The translations under genes were made by a program, and so were the position numbers. A DNA stretch of 63,966 bases, the filler included, from Acidimicrobiia bacterium (GTDB lineage: Bacteria; Actinomycetota; Acidimicrobiia; Spongiisociales; CAZKJJ01), in NCBI GenBank assembly GCA_046759765.1. It is 5 parts of 5 records of this genome, joined end to end, with 100 filler letters (N's around TTAATTAATTAA, not from the genome) between each part and the next. Parts side by side here need not be neighbours in the genome. Positions count along the whole stretch, not along the records: positions 28,722 to 42,271 come from JBHICV010000056.1; positions 42,372 to 55,627 come from JBHICV010000057.1; 3 more parts are not named here. One strand, written 5' to 3'. The notes beneath the pieces were generated by a model, which worked only from the letters and a program-made list of their open reading frames with translations, was not told the origin of the DNA and did no database searches. Below are positions 40,375-50,483 of the stretch, piece after piece (the stretch's first letter is position 1; every line of letters starts with the position of its first letter).

Positions 40375-40490
40375 GGCTCTGATTCTGATCGCGTTCGGGG
40401 CCGATCCTCGAATCGATGGGTAGGCCGCCAGACCATTGTGAGCCCTCGATGCTCTCCACCAGGCTCGATAGCCTGAGCACCGGTGGATCC

Positions 40491-40877
40491 ATGACTGCGT
40501 CCGTGAGGACTTCGCTGCAAGAGGCCCTGTGCACCATCTCGGGGATCGTGGAGAGCGATTCCATGTTCAAGGACGACCTGGCTTACTGGGTCAACGGCAA
40601 GGAGATCGCTCACTTCGAGTCTGACCGTGTGATCGAGATCCGCCTCACTCGGTCAGTTATCAGCGAAAACCGAGCTCGCCTTCGCGCTGACCAAAGAGTC
40701 GACCTCCGCCGATCCGGTTCCGACTGGATCGAAGTTGTGTTCACCAAATCCCGGGATCGTGACTTCGTGCTGGAGCTAGCTGAGCTCGCCGCGGCCGCTC
40801 ATCGAGCGCCGCCTGGCGCGACTCCTTCTCCACCACCGACCGGCGGTGACCTCGAACGCCGACGGCGATTCCACTGA
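40491..40877 (+). CDS. Hypothetical protein (DUF5519/luciferase-like domain)
   Basis: GKEIAHF motif, 128 aa. Confidence 0.55.
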   Translation: MTASVRTSLQEALCTISGIVESDSMFKDDLAYWVNGKEIAHFESDRVIEIRLTRSVISENRARLRADQRVDLRRSGSDWIEVVFTKSRDRDFVLELAELAAAAHRAPPGATPSPPPTGGDLERRRRFH

Positions 40878-40931
40878 GAAGGCGGCTCCCGCCGCCCTGA
40901 CCCTGGCAGCTCGAGGCAGAGCCATCGGGTG

Positions 40932-41678
40932 TCACTCCTCCAGCAAGACCCCAAAGCCGCCAACGGTGAGCTTCATAATCACATACCGGGGCGTGACCAG
41001 GTCGGCCACCCGCTGCCGGCATAACTCCTCGAGCCGAGCAAGCTCGGCCGTGTAACCGTCCGGGCCTTTCCGCCGGGCAGTGCTGAGCATGCTGGCGTTC
41101 TGCCAGCACTTTGCACGAGCCTCCTTCAGGAACCGTCTGGTCCCCGCTCGATTGAGTGGCTGCAGAATGCGGTCGACAAGCGTGCGATCGCCAGGCTCTT
41201 CGACTCTGGCCAGGATTCGGTCCTCCTCGGGAACACGTCGCACGAGGATCGAGTCAACATGAGCATGATCCGCGGCGCGCCGACCCACGACGGCTTCGTC
41301 TTTGAACTCTTCGTCGGTGATGACCGCTAACAGTGCCTGCGGCAAGTCGTAATTGATGTGAGCGTTGATACCAAGCAAAACGTGGCGTAGAGGTGGGATC
41401 ACAGGGTCTTGGGCCGCTTCAAACGCAACCCGCCACGGGCCGGCCGGATCGTCGCCGCGGTCCCAGATGTCAAAGGCGTCCAGGTACAGCTCCGCGAAGG
41501 CTTTGTCCCAGCGCTCCGTCCACTCAGCGTCGAGGAACCCGCCTGCGTAGATATCCTCCGTGACCGCCTTCGTCGAGCGTGTGTACGCGCCGTGAAAGTG
41601 TTGACGTTCATCGCCGGCCTCGACCAGTCGAGCGCCGATTTCCTCCATCCGCTCGATTACCGGGTCGAGAATCGACAT
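40932..41678 (-). CDS. DUF5995-like protein
   Basis: FAELYLDA, W..AF, LLGINAHINYDLPQAL. Confidence 0.75.
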   Translation of the reverse strand: MSILDPVIERMEEIGARLVEAGDERQHFHGAYTRSTKAVTEDIYAGGFLDAEWTERWDKAFAELYLDAFDIWDRGDDPAGPWRVAFEAAQDPVIPPLRHVLLGINAHINYDLPQALLAVITDEEFKDEAVVGRRAADHAHVDSILVRRVPEEDRILARVEEPGDRTLVDRILQPLNRAGTRRFLKEARAKCWQNASMLSTARRKGPDGYTAELARLEELCRQRVADLVTPRYVIMKLTVGGFGVLLEE

Positions 41679-41795
41679 CCCCGGAGTAAACCACCACGGC
41701 GTGTGGAGTGTGAACAGAGTCACACGACTCGGAGGGATTGAGGTCGCCCACCGGCACAAAGACCGAAGGTTCGTAAGCTGGTTACGTAGCCCAAG

Positions 41796-42271
41796 GTGCG
41801 ATATCGAAACCTGTTTCTTGCTGTGGCGCTCGTGGTCGCCGCCTGCAGCGGCGGAGATGTAGCTGTGAAGTCGCCTTCGACCTCAACTACGAGTGGCGCG
41901 GAAGGGCAAGTGATCCCGCCCGCAACGGGCTCGGTGCTCCGCAACCAGCTCGGCTTCGAATTTCCCCCGGCACCGGAGGTGTCGGACGGTCCGGCAAACG
42001 AGTCGCTGGTCGTGGTGCTCGACGCCCTCTTCTCGGACCTCGGCAGCGAAGTCGATCTCACTGCGTTGGAGCGCATCGGAGAGTCGGGGGACGCAAGGGC
42101 TGCCTGGCTGCTTTCCGACCTCCTCAGGTTCCTTGGCCCGAGTACCGCAAGAAACATCGCCCTTGCCGGGTTTGAGAGCCTGACGGGGGCCAGGCTCAGC
42201 GACGATCCCGTGGCGGCCCGCAGCACGTGGCAATCGGTGACCGATCACCTCATCGCCTGGGATCTGCCGGC
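41796..42271 (+). CDS. Lipoprotein, 3' truncated by contig end
   Basis: Lipobox VAAC. Frame runs into the linker. Confidence 0.65.
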
Positions 42272-42371
42272 NNNNNNNNNNNNNNNNNNNNNNNNNNNNN
42301 NNNNNNNNNNNNNNNTTAATTAATTAANNNNNNNNNNNNNNNNNNNNNNNNNNNNNNNNNNNNNNNNNNNN
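42272..42371. other. Artificial contig linker
   Basis: N-run, TTAATTAATTAA, N-run. Confidence 0.99.
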
Positions 42372-42600
42372 ACACGAGAAGCACGCGCACGACCAGGCGG
42401 ATGAGTTCTTCGTCGTGCTCGAGGGTGCAGGCGAAGTGTATACCGACGAAGAAAACCAGGCAGCGGTGGAAGGCGATGTCATCTTCACTCCTAGGGGCCA
42501 CTGGCACGGGTTCAACAACACGGGTGCGCTCGATGTAGTGCTCGTTTGGGGTTGGAGCGGTGCCGGTTCGCTCGAGCAGGCCGGATATCGCCTCGCGTGA
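42372..42600 (+). CDS. Cupin-domain protein, 5' truncated
   Basis: H.H..ADEFFVVLEG...GDVIFTPRGHWHGFNN. Confidence 0.8.
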
Positions 42601-43307
42601 GCCGGCCTTCCCTGGATCCCCGCGTTTCTGCCGGCATGAGACGACTCCGGAGGAAGCTCGACCGCCGCCTTGCCGGTGGCGAGCGTCTGATCGGTTGGAA
42701 AGTCGGCTTCGGATCGTCAGCCGGCCAACAGCTCCTTGGGCTCTCCCATCCACTCGTCGGCTTCCTGACCGACGCGACCGAACTTCCGAACGGCGGGAGC
42801 GCCGACCTCTCCACCTGGTCCAATGCTGTCGCTGAACCCGAGATCGCGGTCTATGTCGGTCAAGAGGTCCCGCCATCGGCGACCGACGAGGGCGTTCGAG
42901 ATGCGATCGAAGCACTTGGGGCGGCGATCGAGCTGGCCGACGTGTACCCGCCTCCGGAGGAGGTCGAAGATGTTCTGGCCGGCAACATCTTTCATCGGCA
43001 CGTCATTTTCGGTCTCCCGGACCAGGGCAGGGCCGGAGGCCACCTGGAGGGACTGCGCGCCGCGGTGAACGGCGAGCAGACGCCTCGGTCGTTCGACCTG
43101 GAGGAGAACACCGGCAAGCTGATCGACATCGTCCGTACGGTGGCGGAGGCGGCACCTTTGCTGGGGCATACCCTCGGCTTGGGCAATGTGATCATTGCCG
43201 GTTCGGTACTACCACCGCTCGCCGCAAGCATCGGCGAGGAGATCGATTTCAGGCTTGATCCACTCGAAGGCGTCTCGGTCGAATTCAAGGGAAGCCCGGT
43301 GGCCTAA
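42597..43307 (+). CDS. 2-keto-4-pentenoate hydratase / FAH-fold protein
   Basis: GWKVGF, EPEIA, AIELAD, AGN, IIAGS. Confidence 0.75.
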   Translation: MSRPSLDPRVSAGMRRLRRKLDRRLAGGERLIGWKVGFGSSAGQQLLGLSHPLVGFLTDATELPNGGSADLSTWSNAVAEPEIAVYVGQEVPPSATDEGVRDAIEALGAAIELADVYPPPEEVEDVLAGNIFHRHVIFGLPDQGRAGGHLEGLRAAVNGEQTPRSFDLEENTGKLIDIVRTVAEAAPLLGHTLGLGNVIIAGSVLPPLAASIGEEIDFRLDPLEGVSVEFKGSPVA

Positions 43308-43354
43308 CCGGGCTGGGTCGGGCTGGTCCCTACTGTGGACGGGTAGGCGCGGCT

Positions 43355-43960
43355 ATGAGGGAGGGTGAGATGGAGAGCGCGGCCAGTGGCGAATCTGTTA
43401 CCTGGGTCATAACCCACAACGTCCGACCGGACCAACGGAGGGGCTTCGAGGAGTGGCTGTCGGGCATTGCTGCAGATGCGGCGCAATACGAGGGCAGCGA
43501 GGGTTTGACGGTGCTGCGTCCCAGCCAACCCACTGACACCGAGTATGTGGTCATTGCTCGCTTCGCCACCTATGAGGATCTGAGGCGCTGGGAGGAGTCA
43601 CCGGAAAGGGCCGACTGGCTTGCTCGTCTAGAGCCGCTCGTTACCGAAGCGCCGAGGTACAGGAGCGAAAGCGGGCTCGAGACATGGTTTCAGCTGCCTG
43701 GGCACCAGGTAGTCGTGCCGCCGCCCAAGCGAAAGATGGCGGTGCTGGTCCTCTTGGCCATCTATCCGCTGATCCTCATCGTCGTGCCGTTACTCGGTGC
43801 GCTGCTGGGTAGCAACGCCTATCTCGCGGTTCCGGTCTCTCTGACCCTCGAATTCTTTGTCCGCACGCTGATTACCGCGGTCATCCTCGTCGTGCTGATG
43901 ACGTGGTTCGCCATGCCTCAACTCACCCGACTGTTTCGTGGTTGGCTCTATCCCCGCTGA
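43355..43960 (+). CDS. ABM-like domain membrane protein
   Basis: W..SPER..W, SGLETWF, PPKRKMA, two C-terminal TMs. Confidence 0.75.
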   Translation: MREGEMESAASGESVTWVITHNVRPDQRRGFEEWLSGIAADAAQYEGSEGLTVLRPSQPTDTEYVVIARFATYEDLRRWEESPERADWLARLEPLVTEAPRYRSESGLETWFQLPGHQVVVPPPKRKMAVLVLLAIYPLILIVVPLLGALLGSNAYLAVPVSLTLEFFVRTLITAVILVVLMTWFAMPQLTRLFRGWLYPR

Positions 43961-43964
43961 GCAC

Positions 43965-44522
43965 ATGACGGACGTACCGATAGAGGTCCACCCCGCCACT
44001 CCGGACCGCTGGGACGACCTGGTCGATCTGTTCGAGCGGCGCGGGCCCCGCGGCGGTACCCCTCCCACCGATGGCTGCTGGTGTATGTGGTGGCGGCAGC
44101 GGACGGGAGACGGCGCCAAGAACAAGCTGGCACTCAAGGGCCTGGTTGAGGCGGAACGAGAGCCCGGCCTCCTTGCCTACGAATCGGGCGTGCCGGTTGG
44201 TTGGGTCTCGGTCGGACCCCGACCCGAGTTCGGCCAACTGATGCGCTCGCGCGCGTACGGGCCTAAAGAGGATCAGAAGGCGCCGGACATCTTCACGATC
44301 GTCTGCTTCTACATCCATCCTGCTGCCAAGCGTCGGGGCGTCGCCGGCGCACTGCTCGATGCGGCCATCAAGTATGCGGTCGGGCGGGGCGCAAGAACCA
44401 TTGAGGCGTATGTCTTGGAGGGAGGCGACTTCATGGGCCGCCGCGAGGCTTATGAGACCCGCGGCTTCACAGAAGTCCGCACAGCCGGGAAGAGGGCCAT
44501 TCTCCAATACGCCGCAGAGTGA
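43965..44522 (+). CDS. GNAT acetyltransferase
   Basis: GCWCMWW, CFYI...RRGVA..LL, IEAY. Confidence 0.85.
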   Translation: MTDVPIEVHPATPDRWDDLVDLFERRGPRGGTPPTDGCWCMWWRQRTGDGAKNKLALKGLVEAEREPGLLAYESGVPVGWVSVGPRPEFGQLMRSRAYGPKEDQKAPDIFTIVCFYIHPAAKRRGVAGALLDAAIKYAVGRGARTIEAYVLEGGDFMGRREAYETRGFTEVRTAGKRAILQYAAE

Positions 44523-44586
44523 TCCTTTCCCCGCACAGACGCCGTCGCGGCGCGAAAATCTCTAGCGAGCTACTTCGGGGGTCCTT

Positions 44587-45831
44587 ATGGCCGAAAAAAG
44601 GAACCTTCTGTCCAGCGTGGTCGATCGAGCCGCCGACTTTGCCAGCCGTCCCACCGACAGCGACGAGGAGCGTCTGAAGAAGGCGATATTCGTGATCCTG
44701 GCCTTTACCGGGGCGCTGATCATCACTCCGCTTTGGGGGACGCTGTACTTGTTCCTAGGTGAACCGCTGGCCGCGCTCGGGCCTTATGGCTTCATGGTCG
44801 TCACCGGGATCTTTGTCCTCTATGTCCTTCGAACCGAGAGCCCCGGACCGTTCCCCTACATCCTCGCCGGCTACAACCTCGCCTCCAGCGTCTGGATACA
44901 CGTCGCGCTCGGTGGCTACAACGGATCGAGTGCCGTCATGTTGTGGGCGGTCTTCACCCCGGTAGGCCTGCTCTTGTTCGTCGGCCGTAAGGAAGGACTC
45001 CGGTGGATTCCCCTGTTTATCGCGGCCCTCGCAGTCCTGGCCCTCTTCGACAGCAGGCTGGCTCAACACGCCGACCTGCCGGAAGGTGTGATTACCGCCT
45101 TCTACGTCATGAACATCGGCGCGGCTTCGATCACACTCTTCGCAGTCCTCCTGTACTTCATGATCGAACGAGATCGGGCCCAGGAGCGATCCGAGCAGCT
45201 GCTGCTCAACATCCTTCCAAAGCCCATCGCAGAGCGCCTCAAGCGCGAGCCGGGGATCATCGCCGATCGATTCGATAGCGTCACGATCGTCTATATGGAT
45301 CTGGTGGGTTTCACGGCCCTCGCCGCCGATCTGCCGGCCGAGACGCTCGTCGGGTGGCTGAATGACGTTCACTCCGACCTCGACCAACTGGTGGCGTCTT
45401 ACGGCGTCGAGAAGATCAAGACGATCGGAGACGGCTATATGGCGGCTGCGGGAGTACCCGAGGCCCAGGCGGACCACGCCGAGCTGGCCGCCCGTCTCGC
45501 GCTCGATATGAAGAGCTATATAGATCGGTGCGACCCTCTCGCCGGTTACGAGATCACATGTCGCCTCGGGCTGAGTTCCGGACCGGTCATCGGCGGCGTG
45601 ATCGGCACTCACAAGTTCCAGTACGACCTGTGGGGAGACACGGTCAACACTGCCAGCCGGATGGAATCACACGCCGAGGCCGGCCAGATCCAGGTTTCCG
45701 TCTCGACGTATGAGCTCACCAAAGACAAGTTCTTATTCCGACGAAGAGGCGAGATCGACGTCAAGGGCAAGGGCACGATGGAGACCTTCTATTTGGTGGG
45801 CGAGCGTGAGCCGGCCGAAGCTCCGGTCTGA
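44587..45831 (+). CDS. Membrane class III adenylate cyclase
   Basis: About 6 TMs, LLNILP, DLVGFT, KTIGDGYM, YDLWGDTVNTASRME. Confidence 0.92.
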   Translation: MAEKRNLLSSVVDRAADFASRPTDSDEERLKKAIFVILAFTGALIITPLWGTLYLFLGEPLAALGPYGFMVVTGIFVLYVLRTESPGPFPYILAGYNLASSVWIHVALGGYNGSSAVMLWAVFTPVGLLLFVGRKEGLRWIPLFIAALAVLALFDSRLAQHADLPEGVITAFYVMNIGAASITLFAVLLYFMIERDRAQERSEQLLLNILPKPIAERLKREPGIIADRFDSVTIVYMDLVGFTALAADLPAETLVGWLNDVHSDLDQLVASYGVEKIKTIGDGYMAAAGVPEAQADHAELAARLALDMKSYIDRCDPLAGYEITCRLGLSSGPVIGGVIGTHKFQYDLWGDTVNTASRMESHAEAGQIQVSVSTYELTKDKFLFRRRGEIDVKGKGTMETFYLVGEREPAEAPV

Positions 45832-45919
45832 CAGCTCTGATTTGAAAGTTCCCCCGGCTGTCTTGAGACTGCCGGGAGATGCGGCCGTTCTTGTGCTCAA
45901 GTGACCGCTGAAGCCGCAC

Positions 45920-47152
45920 GTGGCTGAGGCTCGGACCCCTCGGTCGTCACTGGGCCGCCAGGTCGCCTCCCCTATTGCGATCACGATCCTGGCGGTCTTG
46001 CCCGCCTTCCTTGTTGGGGCCCTGGCGGTGGAGATCCGCGCCGAGCTGGAGTTTTCCGACCTGCGCCTGGGCGCGTTGGTGACGATCTTCGCCGTCACGG
46101 GCTTTCTGGCTTCTCCGCTGGCGGGCCGGCTCATCGACGCCAAGGGTGAGAAGGCAGGAGCCGTTGCATCATCAACTCTTGTGGCGGGCGGTCTGGCGGT
46201 AGCAATGCTGTCGCAGTCATGGACGGCGCTGGCAGTCGCCTACGTGATCGCCGGTCTGGGAAGTGCGGCGGCCAATCCAACGGCCAACCTCGCCCTCGTC
46301 ACTCGTGTACCCCCGGCCCGCCAGGGCCTCGCTTTCGGACTCAAGCAGGCGGCGATTCCAATAGCCATTTTCCTGGCCGGGGTAGCAGTACCGGCTGTCG
46401 GGCTCACTGTGGGCTGGCGCTGGGCCTTCGCCGGCGGAGCGGTTGCCGCACTTTCTCTGGCTATCAACGCCGCCCGTAGCAGTCCGGTCACCGGCCGAAG
46501 GGAAGCGTCCGCTCGCCGTGGCACTGGTGACCCAGTTCCTTTGTTGCTGGTGGCGGGCGTCGGTTTCCTCGCCATTGCCGGAGTTCAAGCGGTGGCCACG
46601 TTTCTGGTGGTGGCCGCGGTGGACCTCGGCATCGGATCAGGGGCCGCCGGGTTCCTCCTGGCGGCGGCCAGCCTGGTAGGGATCGCGGTGCGGATTGGTT
46701 CGGGGTGGATGGTCGACCGGGTGCCGGGGCGGTCAGTACTGCTCATCATCGCCTCCTACATGGCGATCGGAGCCGTCGGCCTGGCTCTCATAGCTTTCGC
46801 CGAGGTCTTTGTCGCCTTCGGGTTGGGGACTCTGCTGGGGCTCGGGGCGGGATGGAGCTGGAACGGCATGATGCACTTCGTCGTAGTACGCGGCTACCCG
46901 GAAGCTCCGGCCAGCGCCACCAGCATTCTCCAAACCGGGCTCCTTGCCGGCGCCGCATCGGGGCCGTTGCTCTTCGGATGGATCGTCACCAACGGCGAGT
47001 TCCGGTCCGCTTGGCTGGTGGCCGGAGCAGCTCTACTGATGGCGGCAGTACTGGCCACCGTGGCGTGGAGGGTGTGGCTGCCCCGACAGATCGCCGCCGA
47101 CGAACAGCGCCAAGCCGCAGCTGTGTCATCCAGCTCTCGACCTTCCAGCTAG
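45920..47152 (+). CDS. MFS transporter
   Basis: About 12 TMs, GRLID, GLAFGLKQ, GWMVDR. Confidence 0.88.
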   Translation: MAEARTPRSSLGRQVASPIAITILAVLPAFLVGALAVEIRAELEFSDLRLGALVTIFAVTGFLASPLAGRLIDAKGEKAGAVASSTLVAGGLAVAMLSQSWTALAVAYVIAGLGSAAANPTANLALVTRVPPARQGLAFGLKQAAIPIAIFLAGVAVPAVGLTVGWRWAFAGGAVAALSLAINAARSSPVTGRREASARRGTGDPVPLLLVAGVGFLAIAGVQAVATFLVVAAVDLGIGSGAAGFLLAAASLVGIAVRIGSGWMVDRVPGRSVLLIIASYMAIGAVGLALIAFAEVFVAFGLGTLLGLGAGWSWNGMMHFVVVRGYPEAPASATSILQTGLLAGAASGPLLFGWIVTNGEFRSAWLVAGAALLMAAVLATVAWRVWLPRQIAADEQRQAAAVSSSSRPSS

Positions 47153-47166
47153 AGCCCCTACGATGG

Positions 47167-47215
47167 TTTCCTGTCAGTCATGGTCCCGCCCTCCGGGCTG
47201 GTTACTGACAGGAAA
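47167..47215. repeat. 49-bp palindromic element (TGTCA type)
   Basis: Perfect 12-bp arms TTTCCTGTCAGT / ACTGACAGGAAA, 25-bp spacer with inner CCCG/CGGG. Confidence 0.72.
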
Positions 47216-47229
47216 ACCGGAGGGAATGC

Positions 47230-47634
47230 ATGACGACCATTGTCGCCACACTCTCGGTCGTAAACGTCGGCGTGGGTGGTCTGTTGACGGCCATGTTCCT
47301 GACCGCGGACGAGGTCCCTGTCCTCGTTTTGGCGTTGGGTATCGGGCTCGTTGCGCAAGGCGGCTACACGCTCGCTTACGTGATGGGCCTCCTCTCTCGC
47401 TGGGACCGGTGGACCTCGCGGCTCCTGGTAGCGGGCCAGACGCTGGCGCTCGTTGTCGGCGCGCTCGGATTCGTCGCCTCTTTCGTCAGCAACATCAACC
47501 CACCGCGAGGCGACTACGAGTACGGCCCGCTCGCGGTTGGCTTTCTCATCGGGTTGCACGCGGCCCTTACCTTGTTCACCTATGCCGGTAACACCCCACT
47601 GATGCGAGAGGAAGCCGCCGGGGGCCCGGGGTAA
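47230..47634 (+). CDS. Hypothetical membrane protein
   Basis: Four TMs. RBS GGAGG. Confidence 0.6.
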   Translation: MTTIVATLSVVNVGVGGLLTAMFLTADEVPVLVLALGIGLVAQGGYTLAYVMGLLSRWDRWTSRLLVAGQTLALVVGALGFVASFVSNINPPRGDYEYGPLAVGFLIGLHAALTLFTYAGNTPLMREEAAGGPG

Positions 47635-47669
47635 GAACAACTGCGGGGCCCGGGTAGCCTCGGGTGTTC

Positions 47670-49028
47670 ATGCGCCTCCGTTCTGCCGTTCTCGGCTTCG
47701 CGCTCGTTCTGGCCGCGTGCGCCGGCTCAGAAGGCTCTTTGGTGCCGGAGAGCATCCCACCTGCGACGACCTCGCCGCCGACCACGACACCTTCGGCTAC
47801 AGCACGATCGACCGCTCCTCCAGTTACGACCGCTCCTCCGGTTACCCAGGCGCCGGAGGTCACCGCGCCCAAGGACCCGCTCACCGCGCAGATCGAAGAG
47901 CTAATGCAGGTAACCGAGGAAATTCGTGGCCTGGAGTTTCTCCAGACGCCGGATATCACAATTCTCGACGAGGAGGGCGTAGCGGAGAGGATCGTCGAGC
48001 TCTTCGATGAGGAAGTGGACCCGGTCCAGTACGCCGCCAGCGACGAGCTCTACACCGTCCTCGGCCTTCTGCCGGAGAACGAAGATCTCCTGCAACTTCT
48101 TCGCCGGCTCCAGGCGGAGCAGGTGGTTGCCTTTTATGCCACCGAGAGCAAGGAGCTGGTAGCTCCGGCCACGGAGGGCGAGCTGACCACTACCCAGAGA
48201 ATTACGATGGTCCACGAGCTGACCCATGCACTGACCGACCAGCATTTCGACCTCTTCTCGGTCATGGACCAGTTCGATGAGGAGCAGCGGTACGACGAGG
48301 CCTCGGCCTATCGCGCACTGGTCGAGGGCGACGCGACCGTCGTCGAGACCCTCTATCTCCAAGGCCTTTCTCGGGAAGAGCTGTTCGGTTTTTTGCAGGA
48401 CGTTCTCGCTCTCGAGAGTCCCGTGTTCGACTCGTCGCCCCAGTTCCTGCAGGACAGCCTGCTGTTTCCTTACTTGGCGGGAAGAGAGCTCGTCTCGAGC
48501 ATCTGGACGGCCGACGGATTCCAGGGAGTTGACGACGCCTACCTCGACTATCCCAGCACGACCGAGCACGTCCTGGAGCCCGGAACTTACTTCAACTCAG
48601 AGCCCGCCCTGCCGGTCGCTCTCCCTGCTGTGGATCTGAGTAACTACCAGCTGATCGAAGCGTCCACGTGGGGTCAGCTCGGACTACAGACGATGCTCGA
48701 TCAAGTGCTTTCCGGCGTCACGGCCACGACCGCGGCTCAGGGCTGGGGGGGCGATCGCTATGAGCTCTACTGGAACGGTCGGGACATGGCCTTCGTGTTG
48801 TCCTACCTCGGCGACTCGGAGCAAGATGCGCTAGAGCTGCACGATGCTCTGAGTGAGTTCGTCAGAGAGTCGATGCGGGTCGGATTGGGCGAGAGCGACG
48901 GCTCTGGCACGGTCTATGGGGGCGAGGACTACGCGTTCGTATCCAAAGAGGGAGACAACGTTCTGTTTATCGCAGCCAGCGATATAGGAGCCGGCCAGAC
49001 AGTGAGGGCTGCCTTCACCGAGTTCTGA
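47670..49028 (+). CDS. Lipoprotein with HExxH zinc-metallopeptidase-like motif
   Basis: Lipobox LAAC, Pro/Thr linker, VHELTHALTDQHF, EGDAT, FPY..G, GWGGD. Confidence 0.78.
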   Translation: MRLRSAVLGFALVLAACAGSEGSLVPESIPPATTSPPTTTPSATARSTAPPVTTAPPVTQAPEVTAPKDPLTAQIEELMQVTEEIRGLEFLQTPDITILDEEGVAERIVELFDEEVDPVQYAASDELYTVLGLLPENEDLLQLLRRLQAEQVVAFYATESKELVAPATEGELTTTQRITMVHELTHALTDQHFDLFSVMDQFDEEQRYDEASAYRALVEGDATVVETLYLQGLSREELFGFLQDVLALESPVFDSSPQFLQDSLLFPYLAGRELVSSIWTADGFQGVDDAYLDYPSTTEHVLEPGTYFNSEPALPVALPAVDLSNYQLIEASTWGQLGLQTMLDQVLSGVTATTAAQGWGGDRYELYWNGRDMAFVLSYLGDSEQDALELHDALSEFVRESMRVGLGESDGSGTVYGGEDYAFVSKEGDNVLFIAASDIGAGQTVRAAFTEF

Positions 49029-49040
49029 TAGGGGCGTATC

Positions 49041-49367
49041 TTGGGGCGCATGTGGCTGGAGCTGCGAGGAGGGGGATGGAGGTCAGGGCCGGTTCTGCTG
49101 GCGGTAGGTTTTAGGCAACGGTGGCGGGGTCTGCGTCCCTATCCAGGCTCCGGTCTGCTCATGGCGGTTTCGTCGGTTCACGGACTAGGACTGCGATCAC
49201 CGATCACGGTGGCCGGACTCAGCGGCTCGGGCCGTGTAATCGAGGTTGACACACTGGCACCCGGCGGCTGGTCCTGGATCAGCGGAGCTCGCTGGCTGCT
49301 CGAGCTTCCTCCTGATCGACCGGCTCCTCCTCCTGGCCTCACTCTCGACGCCTACGCACTGTCGTGA
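49041..49367 (+). CDS. Hypothetical protein (DUF192-like)
   Basis: R.RGL..., SVH..G, ARWLLELP pattern. Stop overlaps the rsmI start. Confidence 0.5.
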   Translation: MGRMWLELRGGGWRSGPVLLAVGFRQRWRGLRPYPGSGLLMAVSSVHGLGLRSPITVAGLSGSGRVIEVDTLAPGGWSWISGARWLLELPPDRPAPPPGLTLDAYALS

Positions 49368-50194
49368 GCGGACTCCTCATTCTTTGCTCCACCCCCATCG
49401 GTAACCTCGCCGACGTCTCCGAGCGCCTCCGGGAAAGCTTGGCGGCTGCCGACACCATCTACGCAGAAGACACTCGCCGCTCGGCGAAGCTGCTGAAGCA
49501 CCTCGGCGTCTCGACCCCCCTCCGCTCATATTTCGTCGGCAACGAGGCCAACAGGCAAGAGGAGCTGGGCAGCCGGCTGGCGGCCGGCGAGACCATTGCG
49601 CTGGTGACGGACGCGGGAACGCCAGGAATATCCGATCCCGGCTACACAGCTGTCCGCGCCGCCCTAGCAGCCGGAGCTCGGATCACGGTCATACCCGGTC
49701 CCAGCGCCGCTACGGCGGCGCTCGTTGCTTCCGGACTCCCCTCCGACCGCTTCGTTTTCGAGGGGTTCCTGCCCCGTCGGGGCGCCGCACGATCGGAGCG
49801 AATCGCGGGCCTCGGCTCCGAGCGCCGAACCATCGTTCTCTTCACCTCTAAGACGAGGCTGGTCGCGGACCTGGAGGATCTTTCTCAAGCGCTGGACGCC
49901 GACCGCCGCTGCGCCGTCGCTCGAGAGCTGACCAAGATCAACGAAGAGCTGTGGCGTGGAACGCTCGGCGAGGCCGTGGGTCACTGGGGCTCGGCCGAGC
50001 CGAAGGGGGAGTTCACACTGGTGATCGAGGGCGCACCCGCACCGGCGGCGGACCTCACGGCTGCCGTGGCCGAGAGCCTGAAGCGCGTCTCGGAGGGCTC
50101 GACCACCGCGGACGCGGTTAGGGGGGTGGCGACCGAGCGCGGCGTTTCTCGCCGGGAGCTCTATGAGGCCGTTATTGAAGAGCGCCCTACGTGA
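49364..50194 (+). CDS. rsmI: 16S rRNA C1402 2'-O-methyltransferase
   Basis: TPIGNLAD, AEDTR, DAGTPGISDPG, PGPSA, FEGFLP, RELTK. Confidence 0.96.
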   Translation: MSGLLILCSTPIGNLADVSERLRESLAAADTIYAEDTRRSAKLLKHLGVSTPLRSYFVGNEANRQEELGSRLAAGETIALVTDAGTPGISDPGYTAVRAALAAGARITVIPGPSAATAALVASGLPSDRFVFEGFLPRRGAARSERIAGLGSERRTIVLFTSKTRLVADLEDLSQALDADRRCAVARELTKINEELWRGTLGEAVGHWGSAEPKGEFTLVIEGAPAPAADLTAAVAESLKRVSEGSTTADAVRGVATERGVSRRELYEAVIEERPT

Positions 50195-50420
50195 GCTGAC
50201 CTCGGCAAGAAACGCAGATGCCCTTGCCCTTGAAAGGAGAGACGTTCTCGGTCGATCCGCAGAACGTGCAGGTCGAGTCGAGTTTCCGCAGCACAATGCT
50301 GTCGCCTTCGACCGAGATGATTAGCTGATCACCTTCCCTGATATTGAACAGGCGGCGGGTCTCGGCCGGAATCACGATGCGCCCCAAGTCGTCGATCTTG
50401 CGCGCGATGCCCGCCTCCAT
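50187..50420 (-). CDS. abrB: AbrB-family transition-state regulator with C-terminal zinc ribbon
   Basis: GIARKIDDLGRIVIP, CTFC...CVSC. RBS GGAGGAGG. Confidence 0.88.
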   Translation of the reverse strand: MEAGIARKIDDLGRIVIPAETRRLFNIREGDQLIISVEGDSIVLRKLDSTCTFCGSTENVSPFKGKGICVSCRGQLT

Positions 50421-50483
50421 GCCTCCTCCGGGCTTTGAGGGAACCCGAGCGGAGCCTACTCGCTGAGCGGTACGCTGCCGCTC

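Noticed and set aside
45887..45935. GTTCTTGTG start resembling a 49-bp repeat arm (also weak candidates near 4828 and 16978)
   Set aside because: No matching right arm at the expected distance.
47760..47870. Short tandem repeats encoding TAPPVT
   Set aside because: Ordinary Pro/Thr linker of a lipoprotein.
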